Positions 48,383 to 60,733 of a stretch of DNA of 64,000 nucleotides are shown in pieces. The notes under the pieces are model-generated. The model worked only from the letters and a program-made list of their open reading frames with translations, was not told the DNA's origin and searched no databases. Position 1 is the first letter of the stretch; the number at the start of each line of letters is the position of its first letter. This stretch comes from Takakia lepidozioides (taxonomy: Eukaryota > Plantae > Bryophyta), in contig CM060732.1 of assembly GCA_030704615.1 (NCBI GenBank), positions 57,846,001-57,910,000 of the forward strand, given 5' to 3'. A program made the translations under genes and the position numbers.

Positions 48383-51300
48383 ATGGAAGATGAGAAAGAA
48401 GCAAAAGAGAGCAGGGAGAAGGAGATGGCAATGAAGAAAGCGCGAAGGCTGGTGCTGCCAAGCCGAAGTCGCTATACCAAGAAGCATGGGAAGGACACGG
48501 GCGGCAGTGCAGACTTGCAGCCTTATCACCGTCGGAAATTGCGTGCCGTGCTGGCCGCTCTGCTGGAGCAGCGTGTCTGCGCCCCGGCTTCCGGAGTTGT
48601 GTCCGTTCTTCTTGGAGCCGGATGTCGCAGCGACCAACTGTATCAACACCGAGATTTGAATTACTTCTGGGTACCTCCTCTGTTTTCGAGTTGTGAAGAA
48701 ACAAGCTCATGTGTGTTTTTGATTTATGAAGGAATAATTCTCGTGCTATTACAAGGGAAGAGGCTGTGGAAAGGCTTGATCTGGTTCACGGTGATCATAA
48801 CAAAGGTGTAGGGTGTCTCATGCTCAGGCAGCAATGGAGGTGATGCGGCAGATTGAAGGCACCAAAGCTAATAGTCTAAAGTTCAAGCGCCTATATCGAA
48901 TTTTGCATCGGAAGCAACTGAATCCGGTATAATTTGGGTTGACTCCGGACTTTGTCTCCTCTTTGGTAGTCACACTTAGTATGTTCTCTTTCTCAACTTT
49001 GTTTGTTCGATGGGGACTATGGGCATTAGTTCTGCAGTGTAATGCAGTAAAATTCTATGATTTGATGGTGGAACAGAGACTGGGGGGAGAGGTGCAACTA
49101 GAGCTGGCTCTCTACTTGATGAGCCAGGGTGACTACGATTCGTATGAGGCTGCCTACAATGAAATACGACCGTATGTACTTCCTCTGACCCATCTCTTTC
49201 CACTGCACTATGAGGATATCCACGATGCAGGTAGAAGGCTGACTATCATAGATTGTGACAGTCGAACCACAGAAACCAAAGAGCAACTCAAGGCAACTGA
49301 GGAGAGAGGGGGAGAGAGTCTCTAATAGGAAGTGTCATGCTTGTTGCAGGATAGTGGATGTGGCTCCATTCCGCGACGACCCAGTGGTTAATTTGTGTCA
49401 TGGGCTCACACTGCATCGGCTCTGGCATGACAGAGCTGTTCAAGATGTTGAGAAGCACTTTGTTGATGACATGGGAGGCAGGCGTCCTTGTAATGGAGAT
49501 CAGGGTTTTGAGGAAGGCTGTGGGGAGAATGAGGACATGGAGGTGGAGGGGGACCGGGATCCGGATAGGATGGTGGGAGACGACGATTTGGTAGGCATGC
49601 TTCTTCAGACGAGGGGAAGACATTTGGATTCCAGTGGAGGCGAAAACACAGATTCATTTGGTATTGCAGGGAGCAGCCTTCCCAGTAGCCAAGGACAGCA
49701 ACGAGGCTTGTATGATGAGGAGGAGCATGGGCAGCAATTTGATGAATTTTGGCAGACTGCAGTTGTCCGGTGGTCTCCTGGTATATCCTGTCTTAAAACC
49801 AATAATAAACTTGGTGACAGTGAGTAGATATTTTTCTGGGTTGCTTGCAAACAGGCTTTACTGTTTTGCATGGCCAGATCCTGGTCTTAATCTAGTTTCA
49901 GCAGATACTTATCACCGGCAGTCTTCGGTTGCATGCTTTCAGGTTTTGTTGCCTACAGAGAGAAATGAAGTGATATTCTGTCAGATTGATGAAGTATTTG
50001 GAGGCCTGCAAAATCTAAAATTGGTATTGGCATGTTGCTTGACAGATCTTGACAAAAGGTTGTTTCCAGTGCGGCTGCCACAAACTAGCACCCAGGCAGT
50101 ATATGTGGTTCCAATGCAGAGTGGCAGAACCAGGGACGCACATGCCAATGCTGTCAAATATCTCCGCCAAGCACTTAAGGGTGCGCGCAACATGACCCCT
50201 GCACTCCTTCCCTTGGTCCAGGTACCTCAACCATATTACGTCAAAAGGATACATCTTTTTATATCACTGCTGACATTAACTTTGGTGGTGGCTGAGGCTG
50301 TTAGGTTTGCCGCGGATCGTTTGTCCTTACTGCGCCAGCTGTCTGTCCCTTTTTTCAACACTACTGAGACCAAAACACACACCAAGTTTACATAGTAGGG
50401 TCTTGCCATATTGGCATTTTTATCCACGACATCCTTTCATCTCCCTCTCCATCTTTGCTTGGCAGCTGCTGCTGGCTGTAGGAGATGTGAAAGGTGCTGT
50501 GGAGGAGATTGATAGGTGTTGCGATAGCCCCCACCTTCTACCCCTTGGGTGCGTCTTCTGTGCTAAGTGGTGTCCACAAGTAAAACCACAAGCGAGTGAT
50601 TTGAGTTTGTTGCACTGCTTAGCCAACCCTTAAATGAAAGATACACAAATTCTGAAGTTCGCCTCCAATGATTTCTGGATGATGTCATTGAGCTTGGGTT
50701 CTGTGGTAGGATCTGCGGGGTTTTGGACTAAAATGGGGCTTGGGTGGGTTGGTGCTGGTATAGCATAAAGACATTGCTGTTGGAATCATTTGATCGAAAG
50801 GATTCGAGATTGATCTCACAGAGCTATGAAGCTATGCTGGACATAAATCCATCATGTGCAAGTGCCCTTTCAGCTCTCATTCGCTTACATGCAGCTGGTA
50901 CTATTACTTCTCCCTGTTAGCCAAAAATATTTCTGCTTGGTCGGAGAGATGTGTCCTGTGCTTTTGGTAGTTTTGGCTGGTACAAAATGGATCTGTCTGA
51001 TTCGTTGTCCTGGGCACTCTCACCAGACGGACGCCCCCTTCAAATCCATCAAGGGATTTGTTCCTGTACCTCTGTTTACCAACTTTGAAAAACCTTTAGG
51101 CTGAGCCAAAAGCCCAGGCCCTTTTGGGGCTAGTTATAGGGCAAATCACACACAGCAGATTGATGCTTGTGTAAGGGATCTCTAGAGGATATCTGGAAAA
51201 CTTGGATCAATTGTCTGTTCCAAGGTGAGTCATACTACCGGCGTCAGCCCCTAGTTTCTGTCCCGTTGTGTTCCCCTCAAACTGGGCACGGGGTCAATGG

Positions 51301-51870
51301 CCACAAGGTTATGGCAAACAATGTCTTATGAGTACATTCTCCTTTTGACAGGAAGATACAAAACACAGGCACTAGTGGAGTGTATTGCCGGCGCTTTGGA
51401 TGTGGAGAAGGGAGACCTAGAGGTATGGCAGCAGCTGGCCGCTTGTTTGCTTGTGGCGGAGCTGCAGTTGGACAATTCTACTGGGAGTGGAAGAGTGGGA
51501 GAGACTGGTGCAGCTTATAATCAGGATGGAGATGGTGTTGGAGGGGTACAAGATGCTTCGTTTGAAGTCTGGCTGAAGCAGACTTGGAAGGAGAGAAGTA
51601 GATGGTGGGCCCACAAACACTTTCACGAGACAAGCATACGTGTGGAGCAACAACATGATGGTATGCTGGAGGCAAACTTGAATTTGTCCTTTGTCTCAGG
51701 CTGCACTCCTGTGACCGATGTTGATTTTCTGGTTCAAGGAGATGGCTCTGGTACGACTATGTCTCTCATTCTGGTACTCTTTTGTTGTGATGTGATTATG
51801 GATAGGTGATTGGCGGCGAATTGCGTACAAAGCTGCGTGCTCGACTCATATTATGGGTCCAGGGACTGTG
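48383..51870 (+). CDS. TAF1A-like protein (RNA Pol I TBP-associated factor subunit A), multi-exon; 3' end uncertain
   Basis: Spliceable exons encode LRAVLAALLEQR..ASGVVSVLL, VQLELALYLMSQG, DPVVNLCHGLTLHRLW, AVKYLRQAL..ALLPLVQLLL, WKERSRWWAHKHF and YKAACSTHIMG, matching recalled plant TAF1A-family motifs. Confidence 0.62.
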
Positions 51871-52632
51871 TATGAGAAAGTGGTCTGTAAGGCACTGGAG
51901 GAATTGAAGGCAGAGAGTTTGTTAGCACTAGTCCAGCTGCACAACCAGAGGGCCCATGCTCGGTTAGCCCAGGCCCAAGCAGGCCTGGACTCTGCCAATT
52001 CTCCTTAATATACAAATTTTCCTTATGTTGCTGTTTGTAGCAATTGTTCACATTTGGGTGTCTAGAATGCATGGGTCCAGAACACCTTGTAAACCTTTTG
52101 TAACCCTGCTTCCCAACTCTTCCTTGACCCACTGATAACAAATGCTGTCACACTGTCCAGCTGCCAGATTCCGTGGGAAACCTGTAAGATTTTCACCAAG
52201 AGAGACTCTCATTATTTCCCAGCATGCGTCCAATCACACATCATTGCAAGATGCCTAGCATTCAACATTTACTCGTGTCCAAGTCAGATATAACTATTCG
52301 CACTGCAAAATCTTAGCTGCTTAGCTTGCCTCATTGTTCTCCGCCTCTTGGAATCACAGACAAAAGGTTTATAGGGAGTCAACAAGAGGTTCAAATAAGT
52401 GGGTGTGTGGCACGAACAATATTGGACAGCTGCACCAGTTGACCCACACATTCTCTTCAAGATTTTACTGAGCGTGTGTAGTGTGTACCCCAAATGCGAG
52501 GAAACCTGCCACTCTCGCGTAGGCCTTTTCCTGGCATCCCCACATTCTCATTTGGTGTATGCAGAAAATTCCTTGCATACAAAAGAAACTCTCTCAAACG
52601 TTAGGTCTGGCAGGGGGTCAGCTGACAACACG

Positions 52633-55600
52633 ATGCAGGCCTTGAATTACCGCTCTAGTTGTCTCGTCCGATTTCTCTGCTCCTGCGGAAGTGTCCCATT
52701 CCTCATCTCTTTCTGCATTGTGGTATGGACTGTTTACGCCTTATTTGGAACCTCCAGCTTCCCATTCGTATATCCTGCGACTCCAAGTTCTCTTGGTCAT
52801 AACATAGGCTTTCGGAACTCAGGTGGTCTTCTCAATCTACCTTTAACATGCATATTTATATCAAGATTTAACTCTGCGTGTATATGTGACTGGTGTCATG
52901 GATAGACCTGCATTGTCTGTCTCTGCAGTCTGCCGCTCTGTGCTCTGCTATATTGCTGAACATGGGATAATCTTTGCATTTCCAGTGCATTATCTCTCCG
53001 ATGCTGTGATTTATGGTGACACAGACAATGCTGCATCTTTTCTCTCTCCACTGCAATGATAGCAGAGCACTGAAATGCAGGGGCTTCACAGGCCTGGGAA
53101 GAGCGAGATTCTTTCTGTGATTATGCCTCTGGCGTTTGGATACGTGATGAGAAAAGGAAGGTGTGGTACGACGAAAGTTGTCCCGACATTTTTAAGGGGT
53201 GGAATTGTGGGCGTAACAAGAAGCCGAACTCTGGGGGCCACATCGCCTGGAGGTGGCAGCCCTGGCAGTGCGACCTACCTCGTCTGGACCCTCTGCTATT
53301 TCTTTGGCGTTTTAGAGATAAAAATATTGGTAAGGAGCATGTGACTAGCTAAACCCCGCGGCTTTTTCTGGTTTCATTGGTCTTCAACTTCACAGCTGGT
53401 GTCGTTTGGGGCTGCTGATTGGACTGTCCCATCAAGGGCCTCAAGATCTTTCTTGAATGCTTTGCTTTAAGGGTTGATGGAGTTTCCACTAAATCTTCTG
53501 ACTCCCCAACATGTATTCTGAGGAAATTTCTCTTTTCTTTAGGGAGTGAGATCAAAGAGGGTAGTAGAAATTGAAGTCCCAAGTAAGTATGAACTTTGGT
53601 TTGTTACTTGTGGAAAACTTGACAAATACTGAAACAAGCCTGATGCTTCACAGTGGTTTGTGAGTAGGGGTTTGCAGAAGATTGACAAAATCAGCTGATT
53701 GATATGGTGTTTTGGTGTGAAAGAAACCTCCAGAACTTGCATACATTGGATGGGAGCTAAGTCAGCTTTTACAATGACAGTGCAGGATTTGTGGGAGATT
53801 CTTTGAACCGCAACATGTATATATCTCTAGTTTGCACCCTCAGGACAGCCTCTAAAAATGTCAAGAAATGGCGTCCCTTTGGTGCTGATAAGGGAGTCAC
53901 TTTCCTTACTTATAATCTGACTGTGGTCTACCATCGCACCAACTTGCTAGCCCGCTATGGCCGGTGGGTCCATCCTCTCCTTGTCTTCCTGGCTAGGTGG
54001 TGAAATCTTTTGCAACGTGAAGTCTCATTCTGCTGGAAAGTTTTGGTCAGAATGTGAGGCTCCCTGGTCTCGATGCAGTGGGGACAGTCATATGTGACAA
54101 GCAATCTGATAGCCAACAAAGATTCGCCTCACAAAATTGTAGGTGGGGGCATACATAAGGTAGAATGACATGTCACTTTGTGGTGGTTGGTTGATATTAT
54201 AGTACTTCACTAACATTGTGCTGCTGTCCACACAAGGCTATGAATACCATGTTTACCTTTCACAGCATAGGGCATTTCTTCTCAATGTGTACATGGCTTT
54301 TTACATTCATGCATGTTGCAGTCATGTGCGCGAGGCTACCATTCAAGCATGTGTGTAGAATTTGTGAACTGCGAATTTGTCTGGTACTCCGGCACATGCA
54401 GAAGTGATTGGAGAGTTGGTGGGAGTGCCTTAGATGGGAGGTGAAGGAAAGCGGTGGGGAGCTGGAGAAACTGGGGTACAAGAAAGGGTTCCAAGTTGAT
54501 GTTGATGTCCCACAAAGCACATGGGCGAAAGCTCCACAGAGCCACCATGTCCTCATTGTCAACACTGGCCACTGGTAACCATCCACTTTGAACCCTGCAT
54601 TCTCGCTGGGTATTTGGAGTCACATCTGCACTGGTTATCCAGAGCCACCCTGAGACGGTTGTATATGCTAGCTTGGGATGTGAATATGATAATCTAAGCC
54701 GTGCACTGATGTTTCACATACACTTGACTTCAGGGGCCTTGCAAGAGATAATCCAGTGGCCCCAAATTTTGCTAGTGTCTAGGCGTAATGCAGCCATTGG
54801 AATCTAATTTAGGTGTCACCTGTATGTTTCCTTCTATCAACATGCTTTAGTGGCTAGCAAGGTGGACATCAGGGGTTGTCCTTTCTGTATTGGACCATTT
54901 GGTCGCCCGTTAGAGAATATGTCCAGATATGAGCAGGTATTACTTCCTGTTTTGGCAGCAGGGAGTTTGATGTGAGCACTTTCTTTCAGGTGGTTTGCAC
55001 CAGAAAAGTTTTTGGATGCACCATTGCTGTTTTTTGAGAAAGGGGAGCCCATCATACCTCCCAAGACCCCTGAGGAAGGCCTTGGCTTGGTTCTTCACCA
55101 CATGGTCTGTTTTTGTGCCCTCTCTAACTTGTATGTCATTACCTGCACAGACCTGCTCCGCTATAAATTCTTTTCTTTTCTTTCTCTAGCTCCTAAAATG
55201 TTACTGCACAAGTGTCGCTTCTGTGCAACCAAAGAGCACTTTTTACTAGACAATTCACTGGCGGAGCACTCTCATGCAGAAGTATAGAGCTTCTAGTATG
55301 ATATTCCTCATAGCAATACTTGATCCCTGTAAGTGCAATTATCCCCCCCAAGTTCAGCTCCATGGAAGTTAGTGATCCTTTTGGACCTCACTGGTTTGCA
55401 AATGTTCAACTGTCATTGGATGCATTGGATTGCATTCATGGCAAATGCATGGAGTTGTAAGGAAAGTAGCTCGTGTATTTCTATTTAAAACAAGGTTGGC
55501 CTCTGTCCGTGTGGCAAAGTTATCATACATCGAGAAGAACATTCAAAGTGGCAGTATGAAGTTTCTACGGCTGCAGTCACCACGGCACTTTGAGGGTGGT

Positions 55601-56444
55601 GATTGGCATAATGGGGGCACTTGCCAGCGTACTGAACCTTTGCTCCCTGCACAGGTGCGTCAAGAACCTTTCAACTGGGACTCTAGTACCTCTTTTCTGC
55701 CTCCTTTCTTATTAATTGATCAACAGTTTGATCACTTAGGCAGGTTGTCAGTGTCTGGGTGGAAGTATGTCTTGTGGTTCATCAGGACCAAAAGAAGATA
55801 TATTTATATTTTTATATCTCTCTCTCTCTCTTTCTAATAAAAGATGTGAAGGCCTCCAATTGCCCAGAACAGGAGCCATTAGGAAACAAGAACCCAAAGC
55901 TTCCAGAACTATCTGGAAGCACAGGCTGTCTCCACGAGCCATCCTGTCTCTTCAAAAACACCTTCTTCTTTGTCTGAGATGACCATGTCAGCATGCTTTC
56001 TTCCTCTCTGTGACGTTCTCCAAGTCCCTTACAAGGGCCTTGGGAAGTTCCACACATTTGGAGGAGGTTCAATCCTTTGCAGACCAGGGGAGCTCATCCA
56101 TGGTTCTTTTGCGTTCAGTCTATGTAACTACATGAGGGTTGCTCTTGTTTCTGACAACTAATCAGGTGCACTCATTTTTCGCCCTGGAAAGCCATGGAGT
56201 CAACAGTGAGGCACGCCGCATAAATGCTCATCTGATAGCGGCCATTAACAGAACGAGTTTCCACACCTTGAACATCACACAAATGAGCGAGTTCAGAGCA
56301 GATGCTCATCCCTCCACATCAGCTGGGACGCTGCATCCAGACTGCATGCATTGGTGCCTCCCAGGAGTAACTGACACTTGGAATGAAATGCTTGCAGCCC
56401 TTTTATTCAGAAAGCTTGATAGCTCGACCAGAGCTAGAAATTAA
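52633..56444 (+). CDS. TBL13: Trichome birefringence-like (TBL/DUF231) O-acetyltransferase, TBL13-like
   Basis: N-terminal signal anchor; PMR5N ([25 protein letters not shown]); GDS motif [10 protein letters not shown]; KKWRP.GADKG.TF; NTGHW; RHFEGGDW; DCMHWCLPG. Exons ~52633-52822, 53081-53329, 53786-53963, 54434-54574, 54990-55104, 55519-55653, 56166-56444. Confidence 0.9.
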
Positions 56445-56973
56445 GCAGTGTAGGCATTTAGTATGTCATTAGCAAAGAAGAAGTTCCAAACAAGTGGGTG
56501 TGCCATTGCTCCCCAGCTGCTGATAAACATCTGGAGAGTACACTAACGAAGCATTGAGTAGTTGGAACTGAACGTTAAATCTTGTAAATAGAAACATAGC
56601 ACCTTGGAAAATAGCTGGATCGCTGGTTTTGGCTCACTCATTCCCAACGGATTGATTGCGAGAAAATTCTTTGGAGGCTCAGTTGAGTTGCATTGGCTCA
56701 TCCTTGATGTTGACACCAGCGTTGGGTATTACTTTTTATAATAACTGCTGGATCCTGATATTGAAATATGTTTTCCTTTTATTACCGCTGGTTCCATAGT
56801 ATTAGATTACTTATAAACTTTTATATCCATGGGTTCTCAATAGAAGGATGATGAGCTGTTGCTCCCGGGTATCTTTAAAAAGAAAAAATAAAGAAGGATT
56901 GTTTTTTATTTGCAGATGGGTATCAACCCGACTAGTATTGAAACCCGTTACCAACCTGGGTACAAATAATTAA

Positions 56974-57000
56974 AATGAAATGAAATGAAATGAAATGAAA
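56974..57000. repeat. (GAAAT)n microsatellite, likely a LINE tail
   Basis: aatgaaatgaaatgaaatgaaatgaaa; same unit as the CATTT tails elsewhere. Confidence 0.7.
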
Positions 57001-57425
57001 CAGTACCGCACTTGCCCATGCTATTTGTCACGCCCTGCCAGAATAATTAGTTTCTCTTGAAGAAGAGGTGGGGCAGTCTTTTTGTAATTTTTGCAGTTTT
57101 GGAAGTTAGCATTATATATAATATAAAATACTGGAGATATGTATGAGTAGCACAATGGTAGTTTGCAAAGTTGTGGGAGTAGGTTTAGAGCTCAAATGAC
57201 TGGGGATTCCTGCGTAGGAAGAGTAACATTTATTTTTCTTCCGACAGCACTTTTTTGGTTTAATTATTGTCGGACAGCGTAGGCAGGTGCGATATACCTT
57301 CAATTTACAAGCATACCTAGCTTCCCAAAGAAAATAAAATTTTGTTGCAAAAGCCGTTTGCATTAAAGTTATCTGTAAAGTAAACACCCACAACAACAAA
57401 CAAACTTTCACTTGCACATTCCCAC

Positions 57426-57676
57426 TTGATCCTCCCCGCGCTCTTTCTAGACTTCCTCACCACAGAGCTGCAACTCACTCACTCATACTACTCTAACCCT
57501 CTCACATGCCCACTGGGTTTATCTGCTTACTCGAGTTTACACGACATAGATGAGCACTTTGGATCCTTGGGGATTGCAAGGTCTCACCACTGGCAAAGGC
57601 GAGGGTTTGCACACCCCCCAATCTCGCTTCCGCCAGTGAAGCGGTTCATCCGGCGCGCATTGTTGCACATATGTCA
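57426..57676 (+). pseudogene. Fragment resembling a PCIF1/CAPAM-like N6-adenine methyltransferase domain
   Basis: LP..FLDFL....YYSNPLTC...AYSS..DIDEHFGSLG......W..RGFAHPP aligns by eye with the PCIF1 pattern FASPLNC..YCS..DTD..FGSRG...SFEANPPF. Confidence 0.5.
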
Positions 57677-57679
57677 CTA

Positions 57680-58760
57680 TAGACCAGAAAAGGTTAGTGA
57701 GGACTCCACCCAAAGAGAAGGCAGAAGAAGAAGGCAGATAAGAAGTCTCGGAAGAAGGAACCTTCCAAGGAGCACAAATATTCAAGTAAGGATAGCACAA
57801 TTGAGGCACCGTTGAATGATGAGAGTCCACCTAGAAATTTGGCCGAATCTGTCTTGGGTGGCACTTCAAAAGAGACTGAGATTGTTGTGGTTGCAGCTGA
57901 GGATACTACTATGGGCATTCAACCTGCCTCCCCGTCAGAAGAGACTCAATTGGAGACTGACCCTGCAGAGAAAGAGGAAGCCCTCGAACAGAATATTGTG
58001 GAACCCAAAGGAGATGATACCAAGGGATAGGTAGACCTCATGGATGCCACTGCCTCGACATCAACGTAGGTTACACTGCCCTCCCACTCATTCGTACCAT
58101 CTGCATGTATGTACTCATAGGTCGGTAAGATAGCCATTGTAATTTTCTTGTGTGTTGGTTTGCAGGGTACGAAGGCTAAGGAGGTGTCTCTGTCAAAGAT
58201 CCACGCCGTATCAAGGCTTGTCACTCGCTTGCATGTAGCCCTAGCCGCCTTCCCAGAGGCGCCTAAACCTGCAGCCCCAGCCGTACCATGGAAGGTACTG
58301 CTCTACACCTTCTTGGTTTCTAATTTCTTTGTTTTTCCGTGTGTTTTCGACAGTGATTGGGGTTTGGGATTGGGTATGCAGAAGTGGGAAATGGTGTTCC
58401 TCATGCACCCTGCAGATACAGGAAGACAAGCAGCATTGGCAGAGATCGCGGGATTTCCTGGCAAGGATAACTTGCTCCATAACAAGACATAGAGGAGGGG
58501 TTCCTCAAGGTTAATATCAAGAAAGTTTTACTTCCAAATGTGAATTTGTCTGTTCCTAATACAGCCGATCGTCCTCCTCAAATCCTCCTGAAACATGTGA
58601 GGGATGGGTTCACAGTACGGCCTGAGAAGATCGTGAAGAGATGTCCGCCCCTGCCACCAGCTGACGTGACTGAGGAGGACTAGTTGATATCTATATTACA
58701 GTTCTGGAACTTAGACTGTGTGGATAGCTGCAAGATGGGATCATAGATGTAGCTTCACAA
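57680..58760 (+). pseudogene. Degenerate intron-containing ORF (K/E-rich), probably TE-associated
   Basis: Acidic/basic low-complexity ORF, GT-AG-bounded segments and in-frame stops; no recognised family. Confidence 0.3.
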
Positions 58761-58877
58761 CACTCTTTTGCATATGCTCGACCCTGGCACCTGTCATTAC
58801 AACATAAATGGTTTGTGTACTGGCTCACTGTTTATATTTGTAATATTCTAAGGTTTCGGATAGGGTTATGAGAAAAC

Positions 58878-59144
58878 GATATATTAGTTCCGTAGGAGTT
58901 AGACAACAAACGTCTCACATCTCATTCAACTGTGCGACACTACCATAAGAGGCATGGATCGGAAAGTAATAGGTGCATATGCGACCTCCGAACGTTTGAT
59001 ACTAGGTCCAGCGAATGGTCTACTTGAACGTCCGGAGGTCGCATGTACATCTATTACTTTTTTATCCATGTCACTCATGGTAGTGTCGACATTTGAATGA
59101 GATATGGAACGTTTGTTGTCTAACTCCTATGGAGCCAATGTATC
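58878..59144. repeat. Fold-back inverted repeat (~130-bp arms)
   Basis: taggagttagacaacaaacgt..gcgacctccgaacgtt pairs with aacgtccggaggtcgc..acgtttgttgtctaactccta; centre ~59010. Confidence 0.85.
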
Positions 59145-59814
59145 ATTTATCTGATACGTCCCAGTGTAATACGAGATCAATCAAAATTCGTTCGATTGTC
59201 CAATGAGGCGTTCACTTGTCATCTGGTTTTTGTTCAATGCGAAAAAGAAATCCTGCAATGCGTGCATGGCTATTGCACCCATTGAACGGATGTGGTTGAA
59301 GCCCCTCTTCTGCCCCCATGTGTTGGAACATGTGTGGAGACACATTAAACGAATAAATCATTTGCCTCCCCATCGACGCGTTCACCCCTCAAGCCATTCC
59401 ACAATTTAATTGAATTTAAATTCATTTTAAGCCAATAAATAGGTTTCAACTGCCTTTCATTGGGGGATTCTGGCACGTATCGATTTTGTTTTTGGCTCAA
59501 TTTTGTTCTGCGGCTTCAAGCATCCCACCGCTACTCCCCCGCCAAAATTTGGACCAATAAAAAATACCCCAAAAAACAAATTGTTCTCTTCGCTCACTAT
59601 TGCAGATGTCTCTATGAAGAGTGCTTGAAGTTGAACACAAATCAAGTTTGGAGTGCACAACAGGGAAGAAACTGTGGTTTTGGGTCCAAATGAATTATGT
59701 TCGCTCCCAAATTTGGCACGCACGTTGCATATGTCTACATTACACGCCCCATTCAAAAATGAAATGAAAAAAAAATCGTGAGCACGCGAAACACAGTCCA
59801 ACAGGTCCCAAAGC

Positions 59815-60197
59815 AATAGCAGATCCAACGGAATACATTCAACGGGTGAACGGATGGTTGCCCATCTAAATCATTTTTGTTTGCTTCCAAACTTTGCCAG
59901 TACGTTCAAGACACCCTCTCACAAGTCCCAGACTAATATGAGATCAATCGAAATTCATTCGATGGCTCAACGGATGGTTGGCCATCGAAATGATTTTGGT
60001 TCGCTTTGAGACTTGGCCACTATGTTCAATGTATCATGTAAGAAACCCCAGAGTAATATGAGATCAATCGAAATTCGTTCAATGGGCCAACAGATGGTTG
60101 CCTATCCAAATGATTTTCGTTCGCGTTGAAACTTGGCTAGTGTGTTCAATATACCCTTTGATACGTCTAAGTGTAATACGAGATCAATCGAAATTAT
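59815..60197. repeat. 120-bp tandem repeat (~3 copies; an isolated unit at ~59165)
   Basis: gagatcaatcgaaatt at 59940, 60060 and 60180, exactly 120 apart. Confidence 0.85.
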
Positions 60198-60733
60198 TTT
60201 GTGCTTTGAGAACTTTGTGGGTATGTTCGTAGAAAGATCATAGATTTTGCGAAATGATTATGAAATACGCAGGGACCAGGCGAAATTTGTTTGAAAGACG
60301 ACCGTTTGTAACTCGTTATAACTTATTGGTTAACATCAATTTTCCTTGTTCTCCAGCTTTCGGAGTTCATTGCAAATACCCACATACACGTCATGACCAA
60401 ATATGACACCATTGTAAATTTGTTTACAGGGTGAACTATTTCTTCCCCATCACACGAGTGTAAATGCGAAGAAAACGCTGCTCATGCAATTGAAATTGGC
60501 AGGTGCCGCACATGTGCATTGTGTATTAACAAAATTGGTGATATGCAAAATTGGCGGAATGCCATCACTGTGTTTTCCAACAATATTCAAGGTACAACAA
60601 AAATGCACATTGTATAAGTACTACGCTGTCAGTCATTAAAAGCCTAGTCGTCACTGTCTGAGGACAAGGAATTTGATGTTGTGGCCTGATTTTGCACTGC
60701 CAATTGCCAGAGCTTGCGACCATGATCTCGTGG

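Noticed and set aside
57677-57690. CACTATAG as a CACTA left terminus
   Set aside because: No subterminal repeats follow, and the partner end is outside the window, so it cannot be verified.
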